Shown here one piece after another: positions 32,340 to 43,907 of a stretch of 64,000 nucleotides of DNA; positions within the stretch are counted from its first letter, which is position 1, and each line of letters starts with the position of its first letter. The stretch is taken from assembly GCA_025964675.1 (NCBI GenBank), contig JAOPYI010000193.1:53029-117028 (forward strand), given 5' to 3'. Under the pieces are notes generated by a model, which ran no database searches, was not told where the DNA came from, and saw only the letters and a list, made by a program, of their open reading frames with translations. Origin of the DNA: Sphaerisporangium sp. Its GTDB lineage: Bacteria > Actinomycetota > Actinomycetes > Streptosporangiales > Streptosporangiaceae. Made by a program: the position numbers and the translations under genes.

Positions 32340-33110
32340 TCAGCCGGCGAACCCCAGGCGGTGGCTGATGTCGGCGGCGCCGCCGACCAGGACGGGAGCG
32401 AGCTCGTGCATGCGCTTCTCGCTGAAGCGGTAGGCCGGTCCGGAGGCGCTGACGGCCGCCACCACCTCACCGTCGTAGGAGCGGACGGCGGCGGCCACGG
32501 CGTTCAGCCCGATCTCGTACTCCTCCAGCGTGACGGCGTACCCCCGCGTCCTCGCCTCGTCGAGCTGTGGCCGCAGCTCGTCGGCCGAGGTGATCGTCGC
32601 GGGGGTGAAGCGGGCGAGCCCCGCGGCGGACAGGAGCTGGTCGCGGTGCCGGTCGTCGAGGTGGGCCAGCAGGACCTTGCCGCTGGAGGTGGCGTGGAGC
32701 GGGGTGAGCTGCCCGACCCAGTTGTGCGCCGTGACCGCCGACGGGCCGCGCACCTGGTCGAGGTTGACGGCGTAGTGGGAGCGGACGACGGCGATGTTCA
32801 CGGTCTCGCCGAGCTCCCCCGCAAGGCGGCGGCAGACCGGGCGCCCCTGCTGGGTGAGGTCGAGGCGGGAGGCGACACCGCCTGCGAGTCGGATCACCCC
32901 GAAGCCGAGCCGGTACTTCCCCCGGTCCTCGGCCTGCTCGACCAGGTTCCTGGCCTCCAGGGCGCCGAGGAGCCGGAAGGCCGTCGACTTGTGGACGCCG
33001 ATCTCCGCAGCGATCTCGCTGACGCCGGCCTCGCCGCGCTGGGAGAGGATCTCCAGCACGCTGATGGCCCGGTCGACCGACTGCACGCCGGCCGAGGAAT
33101 CGTTGCCCAT
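32340..33110 (-). CDS. IclR-family regulator (copy 1)
   Basis: GVQSVDRAISVL, GVHKSTAFRLL, PLHATSSGKVLLA, RGYAVTLEEYE. Confidence 0.95.
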   Translation of the reverse strand: MGNDSSAGVQSVDRAISVLEILSQRGEAGVSEIAAEIGVHKSTAFRLLGALEARNLVEQAEDRGKYRLGFGVIRLAGGVASRLDLTQQGRPVCRRLAGELGETVNIAVVRSHYAVNLDQVRGPSAVTAHNWVGQLTPLHATSSGKVLLAHLDDRHRDQLLSAAGLARFTPATITSADELRPQLDEARTRGYAVTLEEYEIGLNAVAAAVRSYDGEVVAAVSASGPAYRFSEKRMHELAPVLVGGAADISHRLGFAG

Positions 33111-33179
33111 AGCTCGGGACTGTAGGGGGTCGGCATGGCGGCGTCCATGTGCACGACCGGTTCCAGGTGATCGGCGATG

Positions 33180-33215
33180 GTTGCGGAGAATGCAACGTTG
33201 TGCGTCAATCGCTAC
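33180..33215. promoter_or_regulatory. Tandem operator between IclR1 and betA
   Basis: GTTGCG-GAGAA-TGCAAC (33180-33196) and TGTGCG-TCAAT-CGCTAC (33199-33215). Confidence 0.7.
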
Positions 33216-33271
33216 CAACGAATGCACGCTACCCCTCCGCGTGAGCGAGACGAGAGCGAGACGAGGAAGAA

Positions 33272-34918
33272 ATGTACGACTTCGTCATCGTCGGTGGTGG
33301 ATCGGCCGGGAGCGCTCTGGCGAACCGGCTGTCCGCCGACCCTTCCGTCCGGGTGCTGGTCCTGGAGGCCGGGCGCTCGGACTTCCCGTGGGACGTCTTC
33401 ATCCACATGCCCGCCGCGCTGATGTTCCCGATCGGCAGCCGGTTCTACGACTGGAAGTACGAGTCCGAGCCGGAGCCCCACATGAACGGCCGCCGCATCT
33501 ACCACGCGCGCGGCAAGGTGCTGGGCGGGTCGAGCAGCATCAACGGCATGATCTTCCAGCGTGGCAACCCCCTCGACTACGAGCGCTGGGGCGCCGACCC
33601 CGGCATGGAGACCTGGGACTACGCGCACTGCCTGCCGTACTTCAAGCGCATGGAGAACGCCACGGCTGACCCGGGCACTGCCTTCCGAGGCCACGACGGG
33701 CCTCTCGTACTGGAGCGGGGGCCCGCGTCCGGCCCGCTGTTCGGCGCGTTCTTCGAGGCCGTGCAACAGGCGGGGTACCCCCTGACCGACGACGTCAACG
33801 GCTTCCGCCAGGAGGGCTTCGCGGCGTTCGACCGGAACATCCGCCGGGGGCGCCGCCTGTCGGCCGCCCGCGCGTACCTGCATCCGGTCAAGCGGCGCCC
33901 CAACCTGGAGATCAGGACGCGGGCGTTCGTGACGAAGATCCTCTTCGAGGGGAAGCGTGCCGTCGGCGTCGAGTACAACGGCCGGACCGTTCGGGCCGGC
34001 GAGGTGATCCTGTGCGGCGGGTCGATCAACTCGCCGCAGCTCCTCCAGCTCTCCGGGGTGGGCGACGCCGCGGAGCTGAAGGCCGTGGGCGTCCAGCCCG
34101 TCCACGACCTGCCAGCCGTGGGAGAGAACCTCCAGGATCACCTGGAGGTCTACGTCCAGTACGGGTGCAAGCAGCCGGTGTCGATGCAGCCCGCGATGAA
34201 GTGGCGCAACCGCCCGTGGGTCGGGGCGCAGTGGCTGTTCCTGCGCAGGGGACCGGGGGCCACCAACCACTTCGAGGCGGGCGGCTTCACCCGGAGCAAC
34301 GAGGACGTCGCCTACCCGAACCTGATGTTCCACTTCCTGCCCGTCGCCGTGCGCTACGACGGCTCGGCTCCGGCGGGCGGGCACGGCTACCAGGTGCACA
34401 TCGGCCCGATGTACTCCGACGCGCGAGGCTCGGTGAAGATCCGCAGCGCCGACCCCGGGGTGCGCCCGGCGCTGCGCTTCAACTACCTGTCCACCGACCA
34501 GGACCGCCGCGAATGGGTGGAGGCCGTACGCGTCGCGCGCGACATCCTCAACCAGCCGGCCATGGAAGCCTTCAACGCGGGCGAGCTTTCGCCCGGGCCG
34601 TCGGTTCAGACCGACAAGGAGATCCTCGACTGGGTGGCGCGCGACGGCGAGACCGCCCTGCATCCTTCGTGCACGGCCCGGATGGGCGTGGGCGAGGACT
34701 CCGTGGTGGACCCGGCCAGCATGCGCGTGCACGGGCTCCGGGGTCTACGCGTGGTCGACGCCTCGGTCATGCCGTACGTCACCAACGGCAACATCTACGC
34801 GCCCGTGATGATGGTCGCCGAGAAGTCCGCCGACCTCATCCTCGGCAACACTCCTCTGCCGCCGGAGCGGGTCGAGTTCTACCGGCATCCAGGACGGTCC
34901 TCCGCGATCACCGAGTAG
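33272..34918 (+). CDS. betA: Choline dehydrogenase (GMC oxidoreductase)
   Basis: [54 protein letters not shown]. Confidence 0.95.
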   Translation: MYDFVIVGGGSAGSALANRLSADPSVRVLVLEAGRSDFPWDVFIHMPAALMFPIGSRFYDWKYESEPEPHMNGRRIYHARGKVLGGSSSINGMIFQRGNPLDYERWGADPGMETWDYAHCLPYFKRMENATADPGTAFRGHDGPLVLERGPASGPLFGAFFEAVQQAGYPLTDDVNGFRQEGFAAFDRNIRRGRRLSAARAYLHPVKRRPNLEIRTRAFVTKILFEGKRAVGVEYNGRTVRAGEVILCGGSINSPQLLQLSGVGDAAELKAVGVQPVHDLPAVGENLQDHLEVYVQYGCKQPVSMQPAMKWRNRPWVGAQWLFLRRGPGATNHFEAGGFTRSNEDVAYPNLMFHFLPVAVRYDGSAPAGGHGYQVHIGPMYSDARGSVKIRSADPGVRPALRFNYLSTDQDRREWVEAVRVARDILNQPAMEAFNAGELSPGPSVQTDKEILDWVARDGETALHPSCTARMGVGEDSVVDPASMRVHGLRGLRVVDASVMPYVTNGNIYAPVMMVAEKSADLILGNTPLPPERVEFYRHPGRSSAITE

Positions 34919-34947
34919 TCGGTCAGACCTCTGAATAGGGTTGTGCC

Positions 34948-35763
34948 ATGGGCAACGAGGTGGAGCGTGAGGGCGGTGGCGTGCAGTCCGTCGACCGCGC
35001 GCTGTCGGTTCTCAAACTGCTTGCCCGCCACGGCGAGCTCGGCGTCAGCGAGCTGGCCGCCGAGCTCGGTGTGCACCGCTCCACGGCGTTCCGGCTCGTC
35101 GCCACCCTGGAGAACCACGACCTCGTCCACCAGAACGGCGATCGCGGGCGCTACCGGCTCGGGGTCGGCGTGCTGCGGCTCGCGGGCGCGACCACCGCGA
35201 GGCTCGACGTCGTGCAGGAGGGGCGCCCGGTCGGCAGCCGGCTCGCCGCGGAGGTCGGCGAGACCGTCAACATCGCCATCCTCGACCGCGACGAGGCGCT
35301 CTACCTCGACCAGATGGCCGGCACCTCGGCTCTCCAGGCCCACAACTGGACGGGCCGGCGCATCGCGCTGCACGCCACCTCCAACGGCAAGGTGCTGCTC
35401 GCCCATGCTCCCGAAGGGCGGTTCGAGGAGGTGACGGCCGGGCGGCTCGCCCGGTACACAGACCGCACCGTCACCGACGCCGCCCGGCTCCGCGAGGAGC
35501 TCGACGCCGTGCGCGAGCGCGGCTACGCCACGGCCGTCGACGAGCTGGAGGTGGGCCTGACCGCCGTCGCCGCGCCGGTCTTCGGCGCCGACGGCAGGGT
35601 GGTCGCCTCGCTCAGCGCCTCGGGGCCGACGTTCCGGCTTGCCGCAGAGCGGCTTCCCGCCGTGGCGGATCAGGTCATGGCCGCCGCCGTGGAGATTTCT
35701 TCACGTCTCGGGTGGTACGGCCGTGCGCGTTTCGGTCAGCAAGGGAAACGCGACAAGTCTTGA
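34948..35763 (+). CDS. IclR-family regulator (copy 2)
   Basis: GVQSVDRALSVL, GVHRSTAFRLV, ALHATSNGKVLLA; clearly paralogous to copy 1. Confidence 0.95.
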   Translation: MGNEVEREGGGVQSVDRALSVLKLLARHGELGVSELAAELGVHRSTAFRLVATLENHDLVHQNGDRGRYRLGVGVLRLAGATTARLDVVQEGRPVGSRLAAEVGETVNIAILDRDEALYLDQMAGTSALQAHNWTGRRIALHATSNGKVLLAHAPEGRFEEVTAGRLARYTDRTVTDAARLREELDAVRERGYATAVDELEVGLTAVAAPVFGADGRVVASLSASGPTFRLAAERLPAVADQVMAAAVEISSRLGWYGRARFGQQGKRDKS

Positions 35764-35825
35764 CGGGGCTCACGCCAGGGGTCGATTCTGTTCCTCGTTA
35801 AGCATTGTGGTGCGTGATACGCAAC
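35760..35825 (+). promoter_or_regulatory. Promoter with operator upstream of the betaine ABC transporter
   Basis: TTGACG (35760)-N18-GATTCT; weak site at 35790-35806 and GGTGCG-TGATA-CGCAAC (35809-35825). Confidence 0.65.
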
Positions 35826-35909
35826 TGGAGAGGTCCGAGGCAGATTCCTGCCCCGGTGGCAACTGGAGGGTGTGACCAGCCTCCATCCCCCTCGAACCGC
35901 GAGGTGACC

Positions 35910-36971
35910 ATGACGGCGACGTCGCCGGCCGAGCTCTCGCAGCCCTCCACGGCCGAGGAGCCTGTGATCCTCGACGTGCGCGGCCTGTGGAAGGTCTTCG
36001 GTCCCCGGGCCGACCGGGTGGCCGGCACGCCACTCGCCGAGCTCTCCCCGGCCGAGCTGAAGGAGCGCACCGGCTGCGTCGCCGCCGTGCGCGACGCGTC
36101 GTTCTCCGTACGGCGTGGTGAGGTGTTCGTCGTCATGGGCCTGTCGGGCTCCGGCAAGTCGACCCTCGTCCGCTGCCTGACGCGGCTGGTCGAGCCGACC
36201 GCGGGCGAGGTGCTGCTGGACGGGCAGGACATACGCGGGGCCGGCGACAAGCAGCTACGCGAGCTGCGCCGCCACCGGTTCGCGATGGTGTTCCAGCACT
36301 TCGGCCTACTGCCGCACCGGAGGGTGCTGGACAACATCGCCTACGGCCTCGAGATCCAGGGCATGAACAAGGAGTCCCGCTACCGGCGGTCCACCGAGAT
36401 GCTCGACCTCGTCGGGCTGTCCGGATACGCCGACTCCTACCCCGACCAGCTCTCCGGCGGCATGCAGCAGCGGGTGGGCCTGGCCCGCGCCCTGGCGGTC
36501 GACCCCGAGGTGCTGTTCTTCGACGAGCCCTTCTCGGCCCTCGACCCGCTGATCCGCCGTGACATGCAGAACGAGGTAATCCGGCTGCACCACGAGGTCG
36601 GCAAGACGATGATCTTCATCACGCACGACCTCAGCGAGGCGCTGAAGCTCGGTGACCGCATCCTGGTCATGCGCGACGGCCGGATCGTCCAGACCGGGAC
36701 CCCGGACGAGGTGGTGGGCGCCCCGGCCGACGACTACGTACGGGACTTCGTGCGCGACGTCTCCCGCTCCCACGTCCTCACCCTCCGGTGGATCATGAGG
36801 CCGCCCGTCGCCGACGACGTGCTGGACGGGCCGGAGCTGGGGCCCGACGTCGTCATCAAGGACGCCGTGCACACCGTCCTGCACGCCGACCGTCCCGTGC
36901 GGGTCGTGTCGGACGGCGAGCTTCTCGGCGTGGTCGGAAGCGCCGAGATCCTCGCGGTGATCGCGGAATGA
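35910..36971 (+). CDS. proV: Glycine betaine/choline ABC transporter ATP-binding protein
   Basis: [43 protein letters not shown]. Confidence 0.93.
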   Translation: MTATSPAELSQPSTAEEPVILDVRGLWKVFGPRADRVAGTPLAELSPAELKERTGCVAAVRDASFSVRRGEVFVVMGLSGSGKSTLVRCLTRLVEPTAGEVLLDGQDIRGAGDKQLRELRRHRFAMVFQHFGLLPHRRVLDNIAYGLEIQGMNKESRYRRSTEMLDLVGLSGYADSYPDQLSGGMQQRVGLARALAVDPEVLFFDEPFSALDPLIRRDMQNEVIRLHHEVGKTMIFITHDLSEALKLGDRILVMRDGRIVQTGTPDEVVGAPADDYVRDFVRDVSRSHVLTLRWIMRPPVADDVLDGPELGPDVVIKDAVHTVLHADRPVRVVSDGELLGVVGSAEILAVIAE

Positions 36972-36999
36972 CGGCGACCTTCGAAGGGGTGACCGTCAC

Positions 37000-38979
37000 G
37001 TGACCGCCACCGTGGCGGTGCGCCGGCCCGCATGGTCACGCCCGTACCTGCTCGGCGGGATCCTCGCCGCCTGGGTGCTGCTGTGGATCGCCTTCCGCGG
37101 CCAGGCCACCCTGCCGCTCGGCGGCGCTGAGCTCACCCCGCTGCACGAGCGGATCAGCCAGGCCGCGAACGCCATCGACGACAGCCGGAACTCCAATCCC
37201 TTCTTCCTGTACTTCATCAACTACATCCGCCTCTTCATCGACGAGTTCGTGACGTTGGTCCAGTCGATGATCAGCCGGCCGTCCTTCGGCCGCCCGGTCC
37301 CCGTGATCGGCTGGCTGGGCGTGGTCGGCATCGCCACGGCCGTCGCCTGGCTCTACGGGAACCTCAGGGTCGCGCTGCTGACCCTGGCCGGGTTCGTCTC
37401 CTTCGGGCTGCTCGGCCTGTGGCAGGAGAGCATGGACACGCTGGCGCTGACGCTGTCGGCCGTCGTGCTGTCGCTCGCCGTCGGCATCCCGCTCGGCGTC
37501 TGGGCGGGGCTGAGCGACCGGTTCAACCGGCTGGTCAACCCGGTGCTCGACTTCATGCAGACGATGCCGACGTTCGTGTACCTGGCGCCGCTCACGCTGT
37601 TCTTCCTCATCGGCCCGGCGAGCGCCACCGTGGCGACGATGATCTACGCGATCCCGCCCGCGATCCGCATCACCGCGCACGCGATCAGGGAGGTGCCGGG
37701 GGCGACCGTGGAGGCGGGCACCTCGCTCGGGTCGACTCCGTGGCAGCTCCTCAGCAAGGTGCGGCTCCCGCTGGCCAAGCGGACCATCGTCGTCGGCGTC
37801 AACCAGACCATCATGGCCGCGCTTTCCATGGCGACGATCGCCGCGCTCATCGACGCGCCCGGGCTCGGCAAGACCGTGCTCAAGGCCCTGGAGACGCTCG
37901 ACGTCGGCACCTCGTTCAACGCGGGTCTGGCCATCGTGATCATGGCCATCGTGCTCGACCGGGTCACCTCGGCGGCCGGTCGCCGTGTCGAGACGGCACA
38001 CCGTGCCGGACGCGCCCGGGGGCCGCTCTGGCGGCGCGTCCAGGTGGCCGTGGTCCTCGCCGTCATGGCGGTGCTCGTGTACCTGTCGTACGTCTACGTG
38101 TGGGCCGCGGAGTTCCCCGGCGAGGCGGACGCGGGCTCGTACGTCCGCAGGGCGGCCGACGCGGCGAGCCAGTGGGCGCAGACCAACCTGTACACCTACA
38201 CCAACGGCTTCAAGAACCTTGTCACCTACGGCCTGCTCAACCCGTTCGAAGCGGTGCTCACCGGGTCGCCGTGGTGGCTCGTGCTGCTGGTGGTGACCGT
38301 GACCGCGCTCGTGCTCGCCACCGTACGGGTCGCCGTAGTGTGCGCCGTGTGCCTCGCCCTTCTCGTGGTGCTCGGGCTCTGGCAGGACAGCATGGTGACG
38401 CTGGCGGCGACGCTCGTGGCCACCGTGCTCGTGATGGCGCTGGGCATCGCGGTAGGGGTGTGGATGGGGCGCGACGACCGTGCCGACCGGGTGATACGCC
38501 CGGTGCTGGACGCCGGCCAGACCATGCCCGCCTTCGTGTACCTCGTACCGATCCTCGGCCTGTTCGGCGCGACCCGGTTCACGGCCATCATCGCGGCCGT
38601 CGTCTACGCCGCGCCCGTGGCCACCAAGCTCGTCGCGGACGGCATCAGGGGCGTCTCCGCGAGCGCGGTCGAGGCCGCCACGGCCGCCGGGTCGAGCACG
38701 TGGCAGACCATCTCCAAGGTGCAGGTGCCGATGGCGCGCAGCGCGGTCACCCTCGCCGCGAGCCAGGGGCTGTGCTACGTGCTGGCCATGGTCGTGGTGG
38801 GCGGCCTGGTGGGCGCGGGCGCGCTCGGCTACGACGTGGTTTCTGGCTTCTCCCAGCTCCAGCTACGCGGCAAAGGACTGGCCGCGGGCCTCGCGATCGT
38901 GGTGCTCGGCACCATGCTGGCCGCGCTCACCAAGGCGGCGGCGAGGCGCGCCGACGCCGCCGCCCACGGGCGGAGTTGA
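37000..38979 (+). CDS. proW: Glycine betaine/choline ABC permease with two fused ProW domains
   Basis: PVLDFMQTMPTFVYL and PVLDAGQTMPAFVYL, each followed by an EAA-like loop. Confidence 0.92.
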   Translation: MTATVAVRRPAWSRPYLLGGILAAWVLLWIAFRGQATLPLGGAELTPLHERISQAANAIDDSRNSNPFFLYFINYIRLFIDEFVTLVQSMISRPSFGRPVPVIGWLGVVGIATAVAWLYGNLRVALLTLAGFVSFGLLGLWQESMDTLALTLSAVVLSLAVGIPLGVWAGLSDRFNRLVNPVLDFMQTMPTFVYLAPLTLFFLIGPASATVATMIYAIPPAIRITAHAIREVPGATVEAGTSLGSTPWQLLSKVRLPLAKRTIVVGVNQTIMAALSMATIAALIDAPGLGKTVLKALETLDVGTSFNAGLAIVIMAIVLDRVTSAAGRRVETAHRAGRARGPLWRRVQVAVVLAVMAVLVYLSYVYVWAAEFPGEADAGSYVRRAADAASQWAQTNLYTYTNGFKNLVTYGLLNPFEAVLTGSPWWLVLLVVTVTALVLATVRVAVVCAVCLALLVVLGLWQDSMVTLAATLVATVLVMALGIAVGVWMGRDDRADRVIRPVLDAGQTMPAFVYLVPILGLFGATRFTAIIAAVVYAAPVATKLVADGIRGVSASAVEAATAAGSSTWQTISKVQVPMARSAVTLAASQGLCYVLAMVVVGGLVGAGALGYDVVSGFSQLQLRGKGLAAGLAIVVLGTMLAALTKAAARRADAAAHGRS

Positions 38980-39061
38980 TCGTGCGGGAGAGCATCGGGG
39001 ATTTCACAAACGCCTATGCACATCCGCCGTCTTCGGCGGCTTTCGATTCAGGAGGACCTTT

Positions 39062-40048
39062 GTGAGAGTTTCGAGGATCGCGCGGCCCCGGGCCGTCGTG
39101 CTCGTGGCGGCCGTCGGCCTCCTCGTCTCCGCGTGCGGTGGCGCGAAGGTGGGAGACAGCCCGTCCGGGTCGGGAGCGGCAGCACCCGCGAAGAAGGCAT
39201 GCGGCGCCGTCAACATCGCGATCAACCCCTGGGTCGGGTACGAGGCCAACGCGGCGGTCATCGCGTACGTCGCCGAGAAGGAACTGGGCTGCCAGGTCAC
39301 GAAGAAGGACCTCAAGGAGGAGGTCGCCTGGCAGGGGTTCGCGACCGGTGAGGTCGACGCGGTCGTGGAGAACTGGGGCCACGCCGACCTGAAGAAGAAG
39401 TACATCGAGGACCAGAAAGTCGCGGTAGAGCTCGGCACGACCGGGAACAAGGGCGTCATCGGCTGGTACGTGCCGCCGTGGATGGCCGAGAAGTACCCCG
39501 ACATCACCGACTGGAAGAACCTCGACAAGTACGCCGGCCTGTTCAAGACCTCCGAGTCCGGCGGCAAGGGGCAGATCCTCGACGGCGACCCGTCCTTCGT
39601 CACCAACGACGCCGCCCTGGTGAAGAACCTCAACCTGAACTACAAGGTGGTGTACGCCGGGAGTGAGGCGGCGCTGATCACCGGGTTCCGGCAGGCCGAG
39701 GCCCAGAAGAAGCCGATGATCGGATACTTCTACGAGCCGCAGTGGTTCCTGTCCGAGATCAAGCTGGTCAAGGTCAACCTGCCCGCGTACACCGATGGGT
39801 GCGACACCGACGCCGCGAAGGTGGCGTGCGACTACCCGCCGTACGCGCTGGACAAGATCGTGAGCAAGAAGTTCGCCGACTCGGGCAGCCCGGCGTACGG
39901 CCTGGTCAAGAACTTCACGTGGACCAACGACGACCAGAACCTCGTGGCGAAGTACATCTCCGAGGACAAGATGACGGCCGATGACGCCGCCAAGAAGTGG
40001 GTCACCGACAACCCCGACAAGGTGAAGGCCTGGCTTCCCACGAGCTGA
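39062..40048 (+). CDS. proX: Glycine betaine ABC substrate-binding lipoprotein
   Basis: AGGAGG RBS, lipobox LVSAC, VVENW, IGWYVPPW, FYEPQW. Confidence 0.92.
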   Translation: MRVSRIARPRAVVLVAAVGLLVSACGGAKVGDSPSGSGAAAPAKKACGAVNIAINPWVGYEANAAVIAYVAEKELGCQVTKKDLKEEVAWQGFATGEVDAVVENWGHADLKKKYIEDQKVAVELGTTGNKGVIGWYVPPWMAEKYPDITDWKNLDKYAGLFKTSESGGKGQILDGDPSFVTNDAALVKNLNLNYKVVYAGSEAALITGFRQAEAQKKPMIGYFYEPQWFLSEIKLVKVNLPAYTDGCDTDAAKVACDYPPYALDKIVSKKFADSGSPAYGLVKNFTWTNDDQNLVAKYISEDKMTADDAAKKWVTDNPDKVKAWLPTS

Positions 40049-40061
40049 GACGCACCGCGAC

Positions 40062-40096
40062 ACGCCGCGCCCGCACATCGTCCGCGGGCGCGGCGT
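40062..40096 (+). terminator. Hairpin after the ABC operon
   Basis: ACGCCGCGCCCGC-N9-GCGGGCGCGGCGT. Confidence 0.7.
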
Positions 40097-40168
40097 CGCC
40101 ATGCCCCGACCCGCTTTCTCCAGCCTCCTCCACACACGTGGTGGTCGAGGTCGTGACCCGTCACGGTC

Positions 40169-40234
40169 TTGACACCCCCTCCCCGGCGGGTCACGCTTGT
40201 TGCGGCAAGCGCACTACGGTTCATCATGCGCAAC
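40169..40234 (+). promoter_or_regulatory. Promoter with tandem operator upstream of the dmg-sox operon
   Basis: TTGACA (40169)-N17-CACGCT; GTTGCG-GCAAG-CGCACT (40199-40215) and GGTTCA-TCATG-CGCAAC (40218-40234). Confidence 0.72.
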
Positions 40235-40245
40235 GGAGGTGGCGG

Positions 40246-42663
40246 ATGGCAGGCCCCCGGGTCGTCGTCATCGGAGCGGGTGTGGTGGGCGCGGCGCTCG
40301 CCGAGGAGCTCTCGGCCAGAGGCTGGGACGACATCACCGTGGTCGACCAGGGCGAGGTCCCGGCGCCCGGCGGATCGTCCACACACGCGCCCGGCCTGGT
40401 CTTCCAGACCAACCCGTCCAAGACCATGACCGAGATGGCCCGCTACACCGTCGAGAAGCTCATGGCGCTCGAATGCTTCCTGCAGGTCGGCGGCTTGGAG
40501 GTCGCCACGACCCCCGAGAGGTACGCGGAGCTGCGCAGGCGGCACGGCTGGGCCACCGCGTGGGGCGTCGAGGCACGGCTGCTGACCACCGAGGAGTGCG
40601 TGGAACGCCACTCGCTGCTCGACCCCGACCGGGTGCTCGGCGGCCTGTACGTCCCGACCGACGGCATCGCCAAGGCCGTACGCGCCGTCGAGGCGCAGCT
40701 CCGGCTCGCCCGCGAGCGCGGCGTGCGCGTACTCGACCGCCACGAGGTGCTGGACATCCGCGTCGAGGACGATCGCGTGACCGCCGTCGTCACCGACCAG
40801 GGGGAGATCCCCGCCGACGTCGTCGTGTGCTGCGCCGGCATCTGGGGGCCCAAGGTGGCCGGCATGGTGGGGATGGCGCTCCCGCTCACGCCGCTCGCCC
40901 ACCAGCTCGCCTGGACCGGCCCGGTGCCCGCGCTGAGCGGGCAGTCGGAGGAGGCGACCCACCCGATCCTGCGCCACCAGGACGCCGACCTGTACTACCG
41001 CGAGCGGTACGACCGGCTGGCCGTCGGCTACTACGGTCACCGCCCGATGCCGGTGCGGCCCGAGGACATCCTTTCGGTGGACGCGGCCGAGGTGATGCCG
41101 TCGGTGACGCCGTTCACCCCCGGCGACTTCGCCGACGCGTGGAACGAGACCCTCTCCCTGCTGCCCCCGGCCAGGGACGCCAAGGTCGAGGAGGGCATCA
41201 ACGGACTCTTCTCGTTCACCACCGACAACATGCCTCTGCTCGGCGAGTCTTCCGAGGTCAAGGGGTTCTGGGTCGCCGAGGCGGTGTGGGTGACCCACTC
41301 GGCGGGCGTGGCGCGGGCCATGGCGGAGTGGCTGGTCGACGGGCACTGCTCGTCGTTCGACCTGCACGAGTGTGACGTGAACCGCTTCGAGCCGCACCAG
41401 CTCTCCCCGGAGTACGTCCTCACGCGCGACTGCCAGAACTTCGTCGAGGTCTACGACATCATCCATCCGCTCCAGCCGCCGGAGAACCTCCGCCCGCTGC
41501 GGGTGAGCCCCTTCCACCCGCGCCAGCGCGAGCTGGACGCCTTCCCCCTGGAGGCGTCCGGGTGGGAACGCCCCCAGTGGTACGGCGCAAACGCCGGGCT
41601 GGCCGACGGCCGTGACGTCCCCTCGCCCGGCGATTGGGCGGCGCGCTACTGGTCGCCCATCGTCGGCGCCGAGGCGCAGGCGTCCCGGGAGGGCGTCGCG
41701 CTGTACGACATGACGGCGCTCAAGCGGCTCGAGGTCAGCGGGCCGGGCGCGGCGGCGTTCCTGCAACGGGTCTCGACCGGTGACGTGGAGAAGTCAGTCG
41801 GCTCGGTGACGTACTGCCTGCTGCTCGACGACGACGGCGGCATCCGCAGCGACATCACGGTCGCCCGGCTCGGCCGCGACCTGTTCCAGATCGGGGCCAA
41901 CGGCAACCTCGACCTCGACTGGCTGGCCCGGCGCAGCCCCCCGTCGGTGTCGGTCAGGGACATCACGCCCGGCACCTGCTGTGTCGGCGTCTGGGGCCCG
42001 CGCGCCCGTGACCTCGTCGCGCCGCTCACCGAGGACGACTTCTCGGCCCAGGGCTTCCGCTACTTCCGCGCGAAGCGGGCGTACATCGGATCTGTGCCGG
42101 TCACCGCCCTGCGCCTCTCGTACATCGGCGAGCTCGGCTGGGAGCTCTACACGACCGCGGACATGGGTCTCAAACTGTGGGACACGCTGTGGGAGGCCGG
42201 GCAGGCGTACGGGATCGTCGCCGGTGGGCGCGGCGCGTTCAACAGCCTGCGCCTGGAGAAGGGCTACCGCTCCTTCGGCACCGACATGACCTACGAGCAC
42301 GACCCCTACGAGGCGGGCCTCGGGTTCGCCGTGAAGATGGACAAGGGCGACTTCACCGGCAGGGCCGCGCTGCAGGAGCGCAGAGCCTCGGTCAGCCGCC
42401 GCCTGACCTGCCTGACGATCGACGACCCCTCCGGCGTGGTGATGGGCAAGGAGCCGGTCTACGACGGTGACGCCTGCGTGGGGTATGTCACGAGTGCCGC
42501 GTACGGCTACACCGTCGGCAAGGCCATCGCCTATGCCTGGCTGCCCGCCGGGCTGTCGGCCCCGGGGCAGGTGGTCCACATCGGCTACTTCGGCGAGCGA
42601 GTCGCCGCCGTCGTGGCGGAGGAACCGCTCTTCGACCCCGCGATGAAGCGGCTGCGCGCATGA
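40246..42663 (+). CDS. GcvT-family FAD-dependent dimethylglycine oxidase/dehydrogenase
   Basis: [42 protein letters not shown]-terminal folate-binding GcvT domain (LRLEKGYR). Confidence 0.92.
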   Translation: MAGPRVVVIGAGVVGAALAEELSARGWDDITVVDQGEVPAPGGSSTHAPGLVFQTNPSKTMTEMARYTVEKLMALECFLQVGGLEVATTPERYAELRRRHGWATAWGVEARLLTTEECVERHSLLDPDRVLGGLYVPTDGIAKAVRAVEAQLRLARERGVRVLDRHEVLDIRVEDDRVTAVVTDQGEIPADVVVCCAGIWGPKVAGMVGMALPLTPLAHQLAWTGPVPALSGQSEEATHPILRHQDADLYYRERYDRLAVGYYGHRPMPVRPEDILSVDAAEVMPSVTPFTPGDFADAWNETLSLLPPARDAKVEEGINGLFSFTTDNMPLLGESSEVKGFWVAEAVWVTHSAGVARAMAEWLVDGHCSSFDLHECDVNRFEPHQLSPEYVLTRDCQNFVEVYDIIHPLQPPENLRPLRVSPFHPRQRELDAFPLEASGWERPQWYGANAGLADGRDVPSPGDWAARYWSPIVGAEAQASREGVALYDMTALKRLEVSGPGAAAFLQRVSTGDVEKSVGSVTYCLLLDDDGGIRSDITVARLGRDLFQIGANGNLDLDWLARRSPPSVSVRDITPGTCCVGVWGPRARDLVAPLTEDDFSAQGFRYFRAKRAYIGSVPVTALRLSYIGELGWELYTTADMGLKLWDTLWEAGQAYGIVAGGRGAFNSLRLEKGYRSFGTDMTYEHDPYEAGLGFAVKMDKGDFTGRAALQERRASVSRRLTCLTIDDPSGVVMGKEPVYDGDACVGYVTSAAYGYTVGKAIAYAWLPAGLSAPGQVVHIGYFGERVAAVVAEEPLFDPAMKRLRA

Positions 42664-42691
42664 CGTACGGATCGCGGCGGATGGGAGCACC

Positions 42692-43894
42692 ATGACCGAC
42701 CCGGACCGGCTGTGGGACAGCCCCGAGCCCGAGAGCTCCTACGACGTCGTGATCGTCGGTGGGGGAGGGCACGGCATCGCCACCGCCTACTACCTGGCGA
42801 AGAACCACGGGATCACCAACGTCGCCGTGCTGGAGAAGGGCTGGCTGGCCGGCGGCAACATGGCGCGCAACACCACCATCATCCGGTCCAACTACCTGTG
42901 GGACGAGAGCGCGGGCATCTACGAGCACGCGCTGAAGCTGTGGGAGGGGCTGGAGGAAGACCTCGGCTACGACGTGCTCTTCAGCCAGCGCGGCGTGCTC
43001 AACCTCGCCCACAGCCTCCAGGACGTGCGTGACAGCGTGCGGCGCGTCAACGCCAACCGGCTCAACGGCGTGGACGCCGAATGGCTGGACCCGGCGCAGG
43101 TCAAGGAGGTCTGCCCGATCGTCGACATCAGGCAGGACTCCCGTTACCCGGTGCTCGGCGCCACCTACCAGCCCCGTGCGGGCATCGCCAAGCACGACTA
43201 CGTCGCCTGGGGGTACGCCAGGGCGGCCTCCGCGATGGGCGTCCACTTCATCGAGCACTGCGAGGTCACCGGCATCGAGGTGGTGGACGGCCGGGTGCGA
43301 GCCGTGCACACCACACGCGGACGGATCGCGGCGGGCCGTGTGGCGCTCTCGGCGGCAGGCCACTCGTCGGTCGTCGCCGGGATGGCCGGGCTGCGGCTGC
43401 CGGTGCAGAGCCACCCGCTCCAGGCACTGGTCTCCGAGCTCCTCGAACCCGTACACCCGACCGTCGTCATGTCCAACGCCGTGCACGTCTACGTCAGCCA
43501 GGCGCACAAGGGGGAGCTGGTCATGGGCGCGGGCATCGACACGTACAACTCCTATCGCCAGCGCGGGGCCTTCCACATCATCGAGCAGCAGATGGCGGCG
43601 GCGCTGGAGCTGTTCCCGATCTTCGCCCGCGCGCACGTCCTGCGTACCTGGGGCGGGGTGGTCGACGTCACGCCCGACGCGTCGCCGATCGTCGGGCTCA
43701 CCCCGGTCGGCGGCATGTACGTCAACTGCGGCTGGGGCACGGGCGGGTTCAAGGCGACTCCCGGCGTCGGATGGTGCTACGCCCACACGATCGCTCACGA
43801 CGAGCCGCATCCGCTCAACGCGCCGTTCACCCTCGAACGATTCACCACCGGCGCGCTCGTGGACGAGCACGGCGCGGCCGCCGTGGCCCACTGA
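42692..43894 (+). CDS. soxB: Sarcosine oxidase beta subunit
   Basis: [53 protein letters not shown] end. Confidence 0.97.
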   Translation: MTDPDRLWDSPEPESSYDVVIVGGGGHGIATAYYLAKNHGITNVAVLEKGWLAGGNMARNTTIIRSNYLWDESAGIYEHALKLWEGLEEDLGYDVLFSQRGVLNLAHSLQDVRDSVRRVNANRLNGVDAEWLDPAQVKEVCPIVDIRQDSRYPVLGATYQPRAGIAKHDYVAWGYARAASAMGVHFIEHCEVTGIEVVDGRVRAVHTTRGRIAAGRVALSAAGHSSVVAGMAGLRLPVQSHPLQALVSELLEPVHPTVVMSNAVHVYVSQAHKGELVMGAGIDTYNSYRQRGAFHIIEQQMAAALELFPIFARAHVLRTWGGVVDVTPDASPIVGLTPVGGMYVNCGWGTGGFKATPGVGWCYAHTIAHDEPHPLNAPFTLERFTTGALVDEHGAAAVAH

Positions 43895-43907
43895 AGGAGC
43901 CCGACCG

